NCBI RefSeq assembly: GCF_006345805.1
Contig: NC_043013.1
Location: 33,728,001 to 33,792,000, forward strand
DNA from: Octopus sinensis
Taxonomy: Eukaryota
DNA length: 64,000 nucleotides
Reading direction: 5' to 3'
Shown piece by piece: positions 51,686-64,000 of this stretch. How positions within the stretch are numbered: the stretch's first letter is position 1; each line of letters begins with the position of its first letter. The notes below the pieces were generated by a model. It was not told the DNA's origin, ran no database searches, and was given only the letters and a program-made list of their open reading frames with translations. The translations under genes were made by a program, and so were the position numbers.

Positions 51686-53180
51686 CACACACACATAGAT
51701 TATGTTGTATATAATTGATAATCACTAAATCCCATCCGCAAGGCAAGGACAATCAGTAGAATTAATGATAATTTTTTCTGGAACAAAAGGGAGACGAAGT
51801 AAGTAAAATTTGTATGCAGGCATTTTGGAGATAAGGAATTTGTTCGTTAGTGATAAATAAGGGGGATAACTCCTTATATCTTTGTAGTTAAATATAAGCT
51901 TATTCGTACTTACCTGATGCTAAATTGACACTGAATATATGTATGTTAGAATTTTAGTAAAGAATTCTGATTAGGCAAATAAAAATATTGGAATAGGGAA
52001 AATATCCAGGGGTGATCTCTGCGTGAAGAACATATAATAAAAGTAGGAGTTTAAATAGCCATTTTACTGAGCCACTCTGATCCCATTGTTAAATCACTAG
52101 TAATTAAAGCCGTAATATAATGAAAATGAATAATTCCTAATGAATTATTATGGTCAAAATCAGAGAACACATATATTGGATAGAGATTCTCTACTTATAT
52201 ACATGTATACACATATGTGTATGTGGGAATAAGTATGTGTGTATATAGTTGCTTCTATATGTGAGTGTGTGTATTGATGGACGCGAATTCCGGTTATATA
52301 AAGAGACTGATACTTCCATATCTTACATTTAACAACCTAATCAAGAAGTCGGTCATCGATTTTCTTTTCTAATACTTGAGTTCCATCTTCTTTTGTGGTG
52401 TTATTTTTTCTTGCTTTTGTTAAGATCTCTCACAGTTGTATAATGGCATGACTGTTTTTGGTATTTTTTTCTACTAGTTATTTGTTTGATTTTTCTTTTC
52501 TTTCTAATACATTTCAATTTATTTCCAGAAAATAGACCCTTCATAATATGTACAATTTGACAGATGAGAAATGACATTTCCCTTTACGATAGAAATCAAA
52601 CTACAAATCTTTAGCTAACTAAGAAATAGGAAACATGCTCACGTATACAACATTATCGAAGAGCGCAGTTTTCGCGCGGAAACTATAATATATTTCCAAA
52701 GATCACGCAAGGACAGTCTCTTAATAAGCTTCAATTCTTCCTACAAATCTGGACAAATACCTAAAATATTAAAAATGATTTCTTCCGGAAGATATATCAG
52801 TAACTGCATTGTGGACCTACGTCGCATGGCAATGAAGATCCAGTTGTTCGATCAGCTGAATTACCTCCTCCTGAATTAGCATGTAAACGGTTGAGTATTC
52901 CGGAGCCATATGCTTTTAAGGTAATTTTTACTGTGTAATGGCAAGGTTGCACGTTTCTGAATAACAGATGGAATCTATTCGGTAGCTTTATCTACAGATG
53001 CTCTCTACCTAATTTCACACACAAGATATTGGTCGATCCAAAGCTATAGAAGATAACATTTGCCACAAATGCCACGCAGTGGAACGGAATCCGGGAACTC
53101 GTGTTTTTGTGAAAGAAACTTCATAACCATCAGGTCGTACTAGGATATATCAATATATATCCATGAACCTAACAGCTTAA

Positions 53181-53593
53181 CTCTTTACTCTCTTTTACTT
53201 GTTTCAGTCATTTGACTGCGGCCATGCTGGAGCACCGCCTTTAATCGAGCAACTCGACCCCGGGACTTATTCTTTTTGTAAGCCCAGTACTTATTCATTC
53301 GGTCTCTTTTGCTGAACCGCTAAGTAACGGGGACGTAAACACACCAGCATCAGTTGTCAAGCAATGCTAGGGGGACAAACACAGACACACAAACACACAC
53401 ACGCATATATATATACATATACATATATACGACGGGATTCTTTTCAGTTTCCGTCTACCAAATCCACTCACAAGGCTTTGGTCGGCCCGAGGCTATAGTA
53501 GAAGACACTTGCCCAAGGTGCCACGCAGTGGGACTGAACCCGGAACCATGTGGTTGGTAAACAAGCTACTTACCACACAGCCACTCCTGCGCC
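53181..53593 (-). mobile_element. Full SINE-B, young
   Basis: GGCGCAGGAGTGGCTGTGTGGTAAG head through AAAAGAGAGTAAAGAG tail. Confidence 0.92.
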
Positions 53594-54242
53594 TATATCT
53601 TCTTAAATAAGTGTTGTGTCAGATAGGGAGTTATGGCCTCCTTTGTAGTTGATCAAATGTTGATGGTCACTTATGCATGCATAGTTATTATCGTTATGTA
53701 GCCCGGATTAATTCTGCCTCAGTAGACCAGTGGTATGCAGGAAATTGTATGAACGATTAGTTATGATCAAAATAACTGTTGCTGTTATATTGTATAACAC
53801 CTAAAAATACACATTTCGACAGGTCGACAGGGGGCGTTGAATCACTTAGGGTTCAATGTTACTTCTGGGAAATGTTGCACATTTTTGTATGGGGGTGGGG
53901 GACGATAACGAATTATTTCTTCTCTCTAGTATTTGAATTATTTACGTAATATTACATTATTTACTTTGCTACTCACCGGATCCTGAGCAGACTGACCCCT
54001 CAACAGCACGAGAAACAAATTAACAAAACAGATGAACTACGTTTTGTGTGTGTGTGTGTGGTGTGTGTGTGTGGTGTGTGTGTGTGTGTGTGTGCAGACA
54101 TAAACAAGCTTCCCGCCCGAAAACTGTTTCCTTGAGGCAATATATTTCTTTCTGCTCTAGGCAAAAAGCCTGAAATAGCGATAGAGAGCTGTCAATAATA
54201 TCAACTGGTATTTACTTTATCAACGCAGGTATTTACTTTATA

Positions 54243-54643
54243 GGCGCAGGAGTGGCTGTGTGGTAAGTAGCTTGCTAGCCAACCACATGGTTCCGGGTTC
54301 AGTCCCACTGCGTGGCGTCTTGGGCAAGTGTCTTCTGCTATAGCCCAGGGCCCACCAATGCCTTGTGAGTGGATTTGGTAGACGGAAACTGAAAGAAGCC
54401 TGTCGTATATATGTATATATATATGTATGTGTGTGTGTGTTTGTGTTTGTCCCCCTAGTATTGCTTGACAACCGATGCCGGTGTGTTTACGTCCCCGTTA
54501 CCTAGCGCTTCGGCAAAAGAGAACGATAGAATAAGTACTGAGCTTACAAAGAATAAGTCCCGGCGTCGATTTGCTCGATTAAAGGCGGTGCTCCAGCATG
54601 TCCGCAGTCAAATGACTGAAACAAGTAAAAGAGAGATAAAAGA
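54243..54643 (+). mobile_element. Full SINE-B, young
   Basis: Same structure as 53181-53593, opposite orientation. Confidence 0.92.
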
Positions 54644-55016
54644 AAAAGAAAGCCTAAATAAGGAATGGCAAAGTCAACGGTTGAATTTAAACCCAGCATG
54701 TACAACCGGAAGAAATCTCGCAAAGTACTCCGTTCTATTTGCTAACGGCTCATCCTGCTCGTCGCCTTTGGAGCAAAATATATCCACATATACAATAAGG
54801 GCGAAAAATATCCAAGTTGTCAGCAAAACCGCCAAGTATGATCTTCATACACCCCTTAAAAATGAATATTTCATTGGGAGCAATTTTAGTTCTTTCACTT
54901 CCCGCAGCTTTGATGAAAATATTATATCAAAACAAAAGAATTTATTCTAATTGCGCTTATAATTAGAATTATTTAAGAACTATTTTAGTATCCCCAATAT
55001 ATAAACGGTTGTCTGG

Positions 55017-55107
<91 letters not shown>
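55017..55107. repeat. (TATC)n, left flank of the LINE insertion
   Basis: Direct reading. Confidence 0.97.
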
Positions 55108-55975
<868 letters not shown>

Positions 55976-56411
55976 CAGTTAACGTGTGCGTATGTGAATG
56001 TCTATAACATAGTCTATGTATAAGAACAGATATGAAAGAAACAAAGATATATTTTCTCAATACATACACCAAAAGACTATGACATCTATAATTTCTTTTT
56101 CTTCTACTCTCTCTTATTTTGTTTTAAAGTCGCTTACGTATCACCACTTCTGCCGTCATGACCTTGCTGATCCTCATCAATCATTCCCTAGCAATCCACA
56201 CACTAGTAACAGGAACGAAATCAACAAGGGCAAAAACATTACACTTAAGGCGAAAACAGATATGGACACATAAGCGTAGACACACTAAAGCGAGTATGTA
56301 TGTATATGTATGTATATATATGTGTGTATGTGTCAAAAAATACATACTCGCATACACAAATATACATATGTTCGTACATATATACCTAAATAAATAAATA
56401 AATATTCATAT

Positions 56412-56453
<42 letters not shown>

Positions 56454-57225
56454 CGTATCTTGCTGCTCACACTCCAATGCATACACTTATATATTCACGA
56501 ATGCACATATACATATGTCTGGGCATATATGTGTGTGTATACATGCACACACACGCATATATATGTATATGTATTCATGTATGTGTATAAGTGATTGATT
56601 GTTAGATTGCATACTTTAGACTCGCCCTAACAAGGTTCATCATGTTAATCCACCCACACCAATTCTCTAGGGTGTTTCTGAATATGAGAATGAAAAGATT
56701 ATATCTTTATATTGTTTCTGAAATACACGCAACTTTCTGCATTAGTAATGGTACAGATTTTCCACGTAAAATCTAGCGTTTTGAAACTTGTCATTTAGCA
56801 ATAGATCCATTAAACTCCTCTTTTTTTTAACAAATTCGCATTAGATTTATCCAGATGTCATTATTCCTTGAGGTTAAGCACAGAGAGTTTTGTTTAAAAT
56901 ACATTTAGTAATTATACTTATGTCCAATTTGCTTCAGTCAATGACATTTTTGAATTATTACTATTAACATTAGCCTTTTGGTTGTTGAACTTCAACTCCG
57001 ATTATTTATATATATATCAAAGTTTAAAAAATTGTATTACCAAGTTCGATGTAGGTTTCCACGATTGCAGATTGTTTTCTGAAATATTTTTCTTCATCGT
57101 TCAGTTTAGAATTATCCTGCTATTTGCAGTTTTTCTACTTTCATCCTCCAAAGTCCTTGTCTTGTAACAAACTTGAAATCAATATACCATACAAGAGTGG
57201 TAAAATCATCTTCATAATGTACTCT

Positions 57226-57427
57226 TTTCTACTCAAGGCACGAAATTTTGGGGGAGGGGGTCAGACGATTAAATCGACCCCAGTACGTAACTGGTACTTA
57301 ATTCATCGACACCGGAAAGATGAAAGGTAAAGTCGACCAAGGGGGGATTTGAATTCAGAAGTAATGACAGACGAAATACTGCAAAGCATTTCGTCCGGCG
57401 TGCTAACGTTTCTGCCAACACGCCGCC

Positions 57428-57478
<51 letters not shown>

Positions 57479-57660
57479 TTCTACTCTAGGCACATGACCC
57501 GATTAAATGTATCCCAGTACGCAACTGGTACTTAATTTATAGACCCTGAAAGGATGAAAGGCAAAGTCGGCCTCGGCGGAATTTGAACTCAGAACATAGA
57601 CAGACGAAATACTGCTTAGTATTTCGCTCAGCTTGCTAACGTTTCTGCCAGCTCGCCACC
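57226..57660 (-). mobile_element. Two SINE-A copies (A3 tail) separated by (AAT)n
   Basis: Units 57226-57427 and 57479-57660, both with reverse-complement head and core. Confidence 0.85.
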
Positions 57661-58315
57661 TTATCTTCATAATATTGTAAGGCCATTTTTGGAGTCACTT
57701 ATTTACAATAATTTCATTTTAAATTTCAATCTAAGGTTTTCATCTTTTCCCTCGAAGCAAAAAACTCACCACAATATTTTCTCGTAAACAAATCCGATAT
57801 TCTTCGGTAAAAGGAATTTTAAAAATGTCTTCTAAATTTGATTGGCAATATTTTTTCTAGAAATGTTCAGATATTGTTTTCCTATTTCTGTTATATGATT
57901 CTGATATACTCGAAAAGTAGATGATAATTTAGATAAGCTTGATCGTTCAAATCCACAATTTTAAAATAAAATTTCAATACTTAATATTGACCTAGATTTT
58001 CCTAGATTTATCGCCATGATATTGATACCGAAATGGATAAAATATAGGTCAATGAGAATATTATAAGTAGAAAAACTGCAAATAATCCTATTGATGTTAG
58101 TATAAAATCTTGTTGATCGCATAGATCTATTTTTACTCTCTAATACAACATAAATTTCCATATTTAGGTCTCTACTAACGAATTGTGACAAATCGTTGGC
58201 AAATTTAGCAAATACATACGTATTTTCTTTAAAAACTTATAGATTTCTTATCACTATAGAAAATAAACATAACACTACAAATATTTTAGATATACCCCTT
58301 TAATTTTAATACCAA

Positions 58316-58620
58316 TTGTTTGTTCCTTCTCGAGCCATCCCTGGCTCATTAGGGTCGGTTTCCCGGTTTTCATGGCGTATAGGTTCCCCACCTGGACGGG
58401 ACGCCGGTCCGTCGCAGGTGAGATGCAAGATGCAGGAGGAAAGAGGGAGAGAAAGTTGTGACGAAAGAGTCAGCAGGAGTTCGCCATTACCTTCTGTCGG
58501 AGCCGCGTGGAGCTTAGGTGTTTCATTCATAAGCACACACATCGCCCGGTCTGAGATTCGGATCCGCGATCCCTCGACCTCGAGTCCGCTGCTCTAACCA
58601 CTAGGCCATGTGCCTCCACT
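58316..58620 (-). mobile_element. SINE-E: tRNA head, V-like domain, GAAACCGGG..ATGAGCC..GGCTC tail
   Basis: Minus strand TGGCCTAGTGGTTAGAG A-box, GATCCGAATCTC B-box, CCTGCGACGGACCGGCGTCCCGTCCAGG. Confidence 0.75.
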
Positions 58621-60661
58621 TTAATACAAATTAATCTGCAAGCCTAACCAAACACGTAATTATGCACATAAGCAATCTAACCAGTTTTGGAATATTTCAA
58701 ACACTTTAGTTAAAATTATTCCCTTAGATAATCAAACTTTTCTGTATATAAGCATATTTGTAATGTGTTGTGAAATATTATAATCATTCCTTATATAGAA
58801 CAGTTTTTATGGAGAAAACTGCTTATATAGAACCAACAAGGGGAATAATTTTCATGGAAACAGAAAAATGGCCAGCTAATTCCATCCACCAAGTATGTTA
58901 GAAGTAGCCATACATAAAACCACCCTCATACCTAAACATGTATTACAGAATTTTCAATAGTATTATTACTAATACTGTCTTATGCCTAACATTGCTCAAA
59001 CTATTGTTTCCTTTAACGTAAATATGCTTTAACTTTCTAGTGTTGCTGTCATCACTCCTAATAATTATAGCTTTATTTCCCCTTCCTGTTACCTTTTGGA
59101 AACTAACCACTCAGTATCAATGAGATGTGCAGTCTACTAACTCCGCATACCAGCTTTTCTTCAAATCAATTTTATCTCTTAACATTCAATAATACACATT
59201 ATTTAGAAAATCTAGTATTACATTCAAGATATACAGCGAATTTACAATCAAATTTAAATAATTCTTCCCGCGGTGGAAACCCTGCAGTATTTGTACCTCG
59301 GAGGAAAACGAAATAATTTTAAATAAGGTCAAATAAGGACAACCTTTTTGTCATTTTACAACCATAAAATTCTAAAAACGTAGACATTTCCAACTTATCT
59401 GCTATTCCTAATGAGCAAACTTAAGTCATATAACAGAATTGATAATCTTATTTCTAGGTAATTGTTTCGATTCTCTGCGCTCTGAGCTAAATCCAACTTA
59501 AGATTTCATCTTTCTGAGTTGATAAAATACGATAAAAAGTCCATGATGGAGGATTGGCAGAATTGTTAGTATGTCGGATTAAAAATCTCTTTTAGTATTT
59601 GATTCCAGATTTTTATGCCCTAGTTTCTTGGATGGTAGACTTAACTGTCGCTCGGTTGACTACCATCACTTGCTTTTTAAGAGCCTTTAGCACTTTCACT
59701 CGGTTGCAAGCATCCGCGGCATGTCAGCTGTTTAGCACAAGTATTGGATAAAGACTACATACCTAAATATTGGGTAAAGACTCAACTCATCTTGCTATTA
59801 TAGATTTCTATAATCTATTCATTGATGAATTAATCAACTACGAAATATTAATGTTTTTCAAGCTAATGTTCTTTACTTTTAATTCTACCTTTTTTTTTAT
59901 TAGCTATTGCTGCCTTATTTTTAATCAGAAATTTTTTAGTATTTTCTACTTTAGACTGGGGTCGACCAAAGTATTGTGAGTGGATTTGGTACACGGAAAT
60001 TGAAAGAAGCCTATCGTATATGTATGTATCGATGCGAGTTTGTGTGTGTGTGTGTGTACTTGAGTCGGTTCATTCCACTAAAATTCCTCACGGTGGTACC
60101 CAACATGGCCGCAGTCTAATGACTGAAATAAATACAAGGTTCTTAGTTTATTTGTTTGAATTTAATTATATCAATCCTGTACCGGTCTATTTGTTTTCTC
60201 TCTGTATGTATCCTTTCTTGGAAATAAAATTTGCAGTTGCAGACCCGAAGAGAGTTGCTGTTCTGCCGTATCCCAAAGAGCACAAAATGTGTCACAATTG
60301 CATCTCTAAGATTCTCTGGGAAGCTTAGGTAATGCATAGCATATGCATATATATATATATATATATATATATCTATATATATATATATTGATATCTGACG
60401 TTTTACGATGACAAAAATGCTATGGAGTAAGAGCGAAGCTAAACTTAATTTGAACGAACCTAGTTATTCATTGCTATGTAATTTACCTACTTCAGAAAGA
60501 AACAATCTAATTAAAACCTGACTCAGGAAAACGTCATAAAAATTAAAGAAGATAATTATTACAGTGTAGATATATTTCATGGTGAAAGTGAGTAAAGAAG
60601 GGGTCTACATTAGTGACTGAGTTGCGTTATCAGACCACCGGGTCTGAATAAATATAATAGT

Positions 60662-60894
60662 TATTTCTTTATTGCCCACAAGGGGCTAAGCACAGAAAGG
60701 ACAAACAAGGACAGACAAAGGGATTAAGTTGATTACATCGACCCCAGTGCGTAACTGGTACTTAATTTATCGACCCCGAAAGCATAAAAGACAAAGTCGA
60801 CCTCGGCGGAATTTGAACTCACAACGTAACGGCAGACGAAATACGGCTACGCATTTCGCCCGGCATGCTAACTTTTCTGCCAGCTCGCCGCATT
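60662..60894 (-). mobile_element. Full SINE-A (A1 tail) with 16-17 bp TSD
   Basis: TGAATAAATATAATAG(T) at 60645-60661 and 60895-60911. Confidence 0.92.
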
Positions 60895-61369
60895 TGAATA
60901 AATATAATAGTATTAGCACCAAGAAGTGATCAGGAATAAACCAGCTTTAGGGTAGTTACGTTGTGACATGTCTTAACTTCAAACGGCAACGAACGCACGC
61001 AAAAAGAGAGAAATAAGAAAATGTAGGGATACATTAATGCCTGTATATAATAAACGAACGGGTGTTCATGTCAATGTAAATTAATGTGTAGTAATTTAAG
61101 AATAAGTGTGTACACATTCGAATTCACGTTAAGATTATACATAAACATTTACATTCAACCTTGCTCTAAATTAATCTGAAATTTGTTAACCCCTACACAT
61201 AAATTTTGGCCCATACAACCGAAGAATACGAATTTAAACTTAGCTGCAACTATCACCATCTTACATGATATGATACAATATATGAAGCTTTGTAACACTG
61301 TTACAATATCTTTGGATATCTCGTCATACCATTCTTATAGACTGTTGTATATTACGTAATATGTTAAAT

Positions 61370-61712
61370 CGACTCCAGAATTTATTCTATGTAAGCCTAG
61401 TATTCTATCGCTTTCTGTCGTCGAACCGCTAGTTTACGAAGACATTAAACACACCAGCTTAGGTTTCCGAGCGATGATGGTGAAGACAAACATAGACACA
61501 AAGACACACACACATAGATATATAAATACATACATATATATGTGTGTATATGTTTATTTACGACGGGCTTATTTCAGTTTCCGTCTGCCAAATCTAATCA
61601 CATGGCTTTGGTCAGCTCGATGCTATAGCAGAAGACACTTACTCAAGGTGCCACGCAGTGGGATTGAACCCGGAACCATGTGGTTAAGAAAAAAGCTCTT
61701 TACGACATACCC
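61370..61712 (-). mobile_element. Degenerate full SINE-B
   Basis: Both modules recognisable on the minus strand. Confidence 0.75.
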
Positions 61713-61908
61713 ATGTATATATATATATATAAATACATTATACTTACATACGCATATATACATGTGTGACTTTATCTTTTATTCTCTCCCCTACTCTCTC
61801 TCCACATACTCATGGACATACAAACATACATGCATGCATACACATATGTGTATTTGCGTGTGTCTTTTACAAGACCAGTACCATTGCAATCATGGGGACC
61901 CTAAATAT

Positions 61909-62097
61909 AAGCTGTCAATATATTGTCTCAATGTATTGCTTGCAATACCTCTTCTGTATATATACTTTCTCAATATACCTGATACTATTATCTATTTTAT
62001 TCCTTCATCATTCTTGATTATTCATTGCCCCAAACATTACGCTTGGATCCATTTCAGATTTCCAGTTGTCATCCACCCTTGTGTATTCAATGACAAA
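61909..62097 (-). pseudogene. Possible decayed C-terminus of an R4/Dong-like (RLE) retrotransposon
   Basis: WKSEMDPSVMFGAM and IQK.VL..TLRQYI resemble W..K..VVPVVIGALG and IQK.VLLGT..ILR; needs frameshifts. Confidence 0.3.
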
Positions 62098-62336
62098 TAT
62101 TGATGTCTCTCTGGCATAGAACCCAGCATCATTTACTAAATGATTGGAGCTATTGCTCCTTGTTAATATACGTATTTATTTCAAACAAGGGATATGAAAT
62201 CAAAACGATAACATATATGGTATTGATTTAGCATAACCCATGTGCAACGAATATGCTTGTGTGTGTGGAAATGTGTATGTATGCGTGTGTGCTTTTGTGT
62301 GTTCTGCGTGATTTCATTTAAGAATAATGTTACAGA

Positions 62337-62372
<36 letters not shown>

Positions 62373-62441
62373 GTGTGCATTTAGATAACATTTATACACT
62401 TAAACATAAAAAGAATTCACATCCGTACGTATGTGTATATA

Positions 62442-62536
<95 letters not shown>

Positions 62537-63236
62537 GCTTGAAACATCACTCTGAATATACGCACATTGCGAAATATACATAAATATTTGAAGATAACAT
62601 ATCATTCTATTTTATCTAACTCTCTCTTCACCTGTCTTCCCCCCACACACACATAGAGAAAGAGAGCGAGGGGGAGAAGGAAAGAAAGAAAGAGGGGGAA
62701 AGAAAGGTGACCCGTGTATAAAGAAGAATTTGATGATCCTAAACTCAATCCGAAAAAGTAATTCCATCCACCTGTATACTGCTAATGGTTCCCTTTGCGG
62801 TTGCATGCTTGTCAATACCTTTCAATTTATATTACTCTCGGCAAACGTACTCGAGGTTTTATGCATTTTTTACTGGTACCTTCCGAGTGGTCGAGCCAAA
62901 AGTCGCAGTGAATTCTGACTTGAAGAATTTTAAGGAATTATTGCACGTCAATAAAAACGTATTTCTTGTAAACGGATAAAGACGAAGATACGTATGTATG
63001 TAGAATGAATGAATATAAATAAGTATACATACACACACACACACACAAACTATTTATAACTTTATATACATATATGTACATAATATTTATAATGAATATA
63101 AAATGTGTATGTAGATATAACTCTCCCCCACATACACACAGATAATGTATATGTGTATGCTATATATATATATTACGTATAGATATAAAATATATTGTGT
63201 GTGTCTGTATGTGTGTGTGTGTGTGTGTGTGTGATA

Positions 63237-63360
63237 GCACGTGGTTTAGTGGTTACCGAGACTGGCTGATGATTCGAAGATCAGGTGGTCTTCGAAGACC
63301 ACCTAATGATTCGAAGACAAAGGCACTTCATTTCTCTTTGCCTCACTTTACTCAAATGTG
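63237..63360 (+). mobile_element. Degenerate SINE-D head with a fold-back palindrome in place of the B-box
   Basis: GTGGTTTAGTGGTTA A-box; 22 bp palindrome 63283-63304; AAGGCACTTCATTTC downstream. Confidence 0.55.
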
Positions 63361-63483
63361 TGCGGGCGCGCTAGGTGTGTACGTTATGAGGATACATAAA
63401 TATATATTCATATATAAGCAAACATGTACGAATTATGCATCAATTATGAAACGATGGCGATTGAAATCTTGTAAATAGAATTA

Positions 63484-63621
63484 CAAGCCTTCACCGTGCA
63501 TTGATTATAGAAAAGAATCTAATATTAGTTTATATAAGCCTGACAGTTTTTGTTCCGTTTCTAAGTTTTATATGTCCTAATATTAGAGTAATATCTGTAG
63601 TCAATATGCGGTGAAGGCTTA
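63484..63621. mobile_element. Small MITE-like inverted repeat
   Basis: ~44 bp imperfect arms AAGCCTTCACCG..TCTAATATTAG / CTAATATTAGA..CGGTGAAGGCTT, with TA on each side. Confidence 0.6.
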
Positions 63622-63707
63622 TATTTTTAGTCGTATACATATATAAATTATATATGGGTACGTATTACCAAAAGACATTCTATTTTATATGTATATATAT
63701 ATACACG

Positions 63708-64000
63708 CGAGGTCTGATCAATAAGTATCCGGACTGTTGCCATAGTAACGAAGCTAAAGCGTGCAGAGTGAAGCTGCCAGGCAAAGGTTGACCTTGAACT
63801 CTGCTGCGCATGTGCACTACGTTTCAACGTTCTAGCACAATTCTGCTGTTTACAGCAGTGCTTGGAAAAAAGGTGTGCAACGTGTGATCGTTGCAGTCAC
63901 CATGACAGAGATAGTTGTCATGGCAATACCTGCTCAGTCCTGCGCAAAGTGGCAGAAAGTGTATGGAGAGGAGTGTATAAGCCGCACACAGGTGTACGAG
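63708..64000 (+). mobile_element. Mariner element 5' end with decayed transposase N-terminus (runs off the window)
   Basis: TIR CGAGGTCTGATCAATAAGTATCCGGACT; ATG at 63902; 63941-64000 reads CAKWQKVYGEECISRTQVYE (mariner HTH pattern VYG...SR.QV.EW). Confidence 0.8.

Noticed and set aside
54465-54950. 161-aa ORF; also the SINE-derived ORFs at 34361 and 61474
   Set aside because: Made of adjacent SINE-B and SINE-A sequence; not a gene.

Overview
AT-rich, repeat-saturated animal DNA with no confidently identifiable host protein-coding gene. The SINE families and the microsatellite load point to an octopus (cephalopod) genome; this is recognition, not a search result. Almost all ORFs in the track are translations of (TA)n, (ATT)n, (ACC)n, (TATC)n and (GA)n tracts. 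The window holds dozens of tRNA-headed SINE copies from about four families, mariner and Tigger-type fragments and MITEs, one non-autonomous Helitron and a 5'-truncated Tx1/L1-clade LINE. Three signals stand out. (1) At least five well-formed minimal type I hammerhead ribozyme motifs of the Penelope-like-element kind, plus degenerate ones. Two loci are head-to-head palindromes, and one places the ribozyme downstream of a tRNA-derived Pol III head. (2) The Tx1-like LINE sits in register inside a (TATC)n tract, and its last ~50 nt match the 3' tail of the most abundant SINE subfamily here, which points to a SINE-LINE partnership. (3) Different retroelement types occupy different microsatellite classes. 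All alignments and folds were done by eye; family names SINE-A/B/D/E and family C are working labels.
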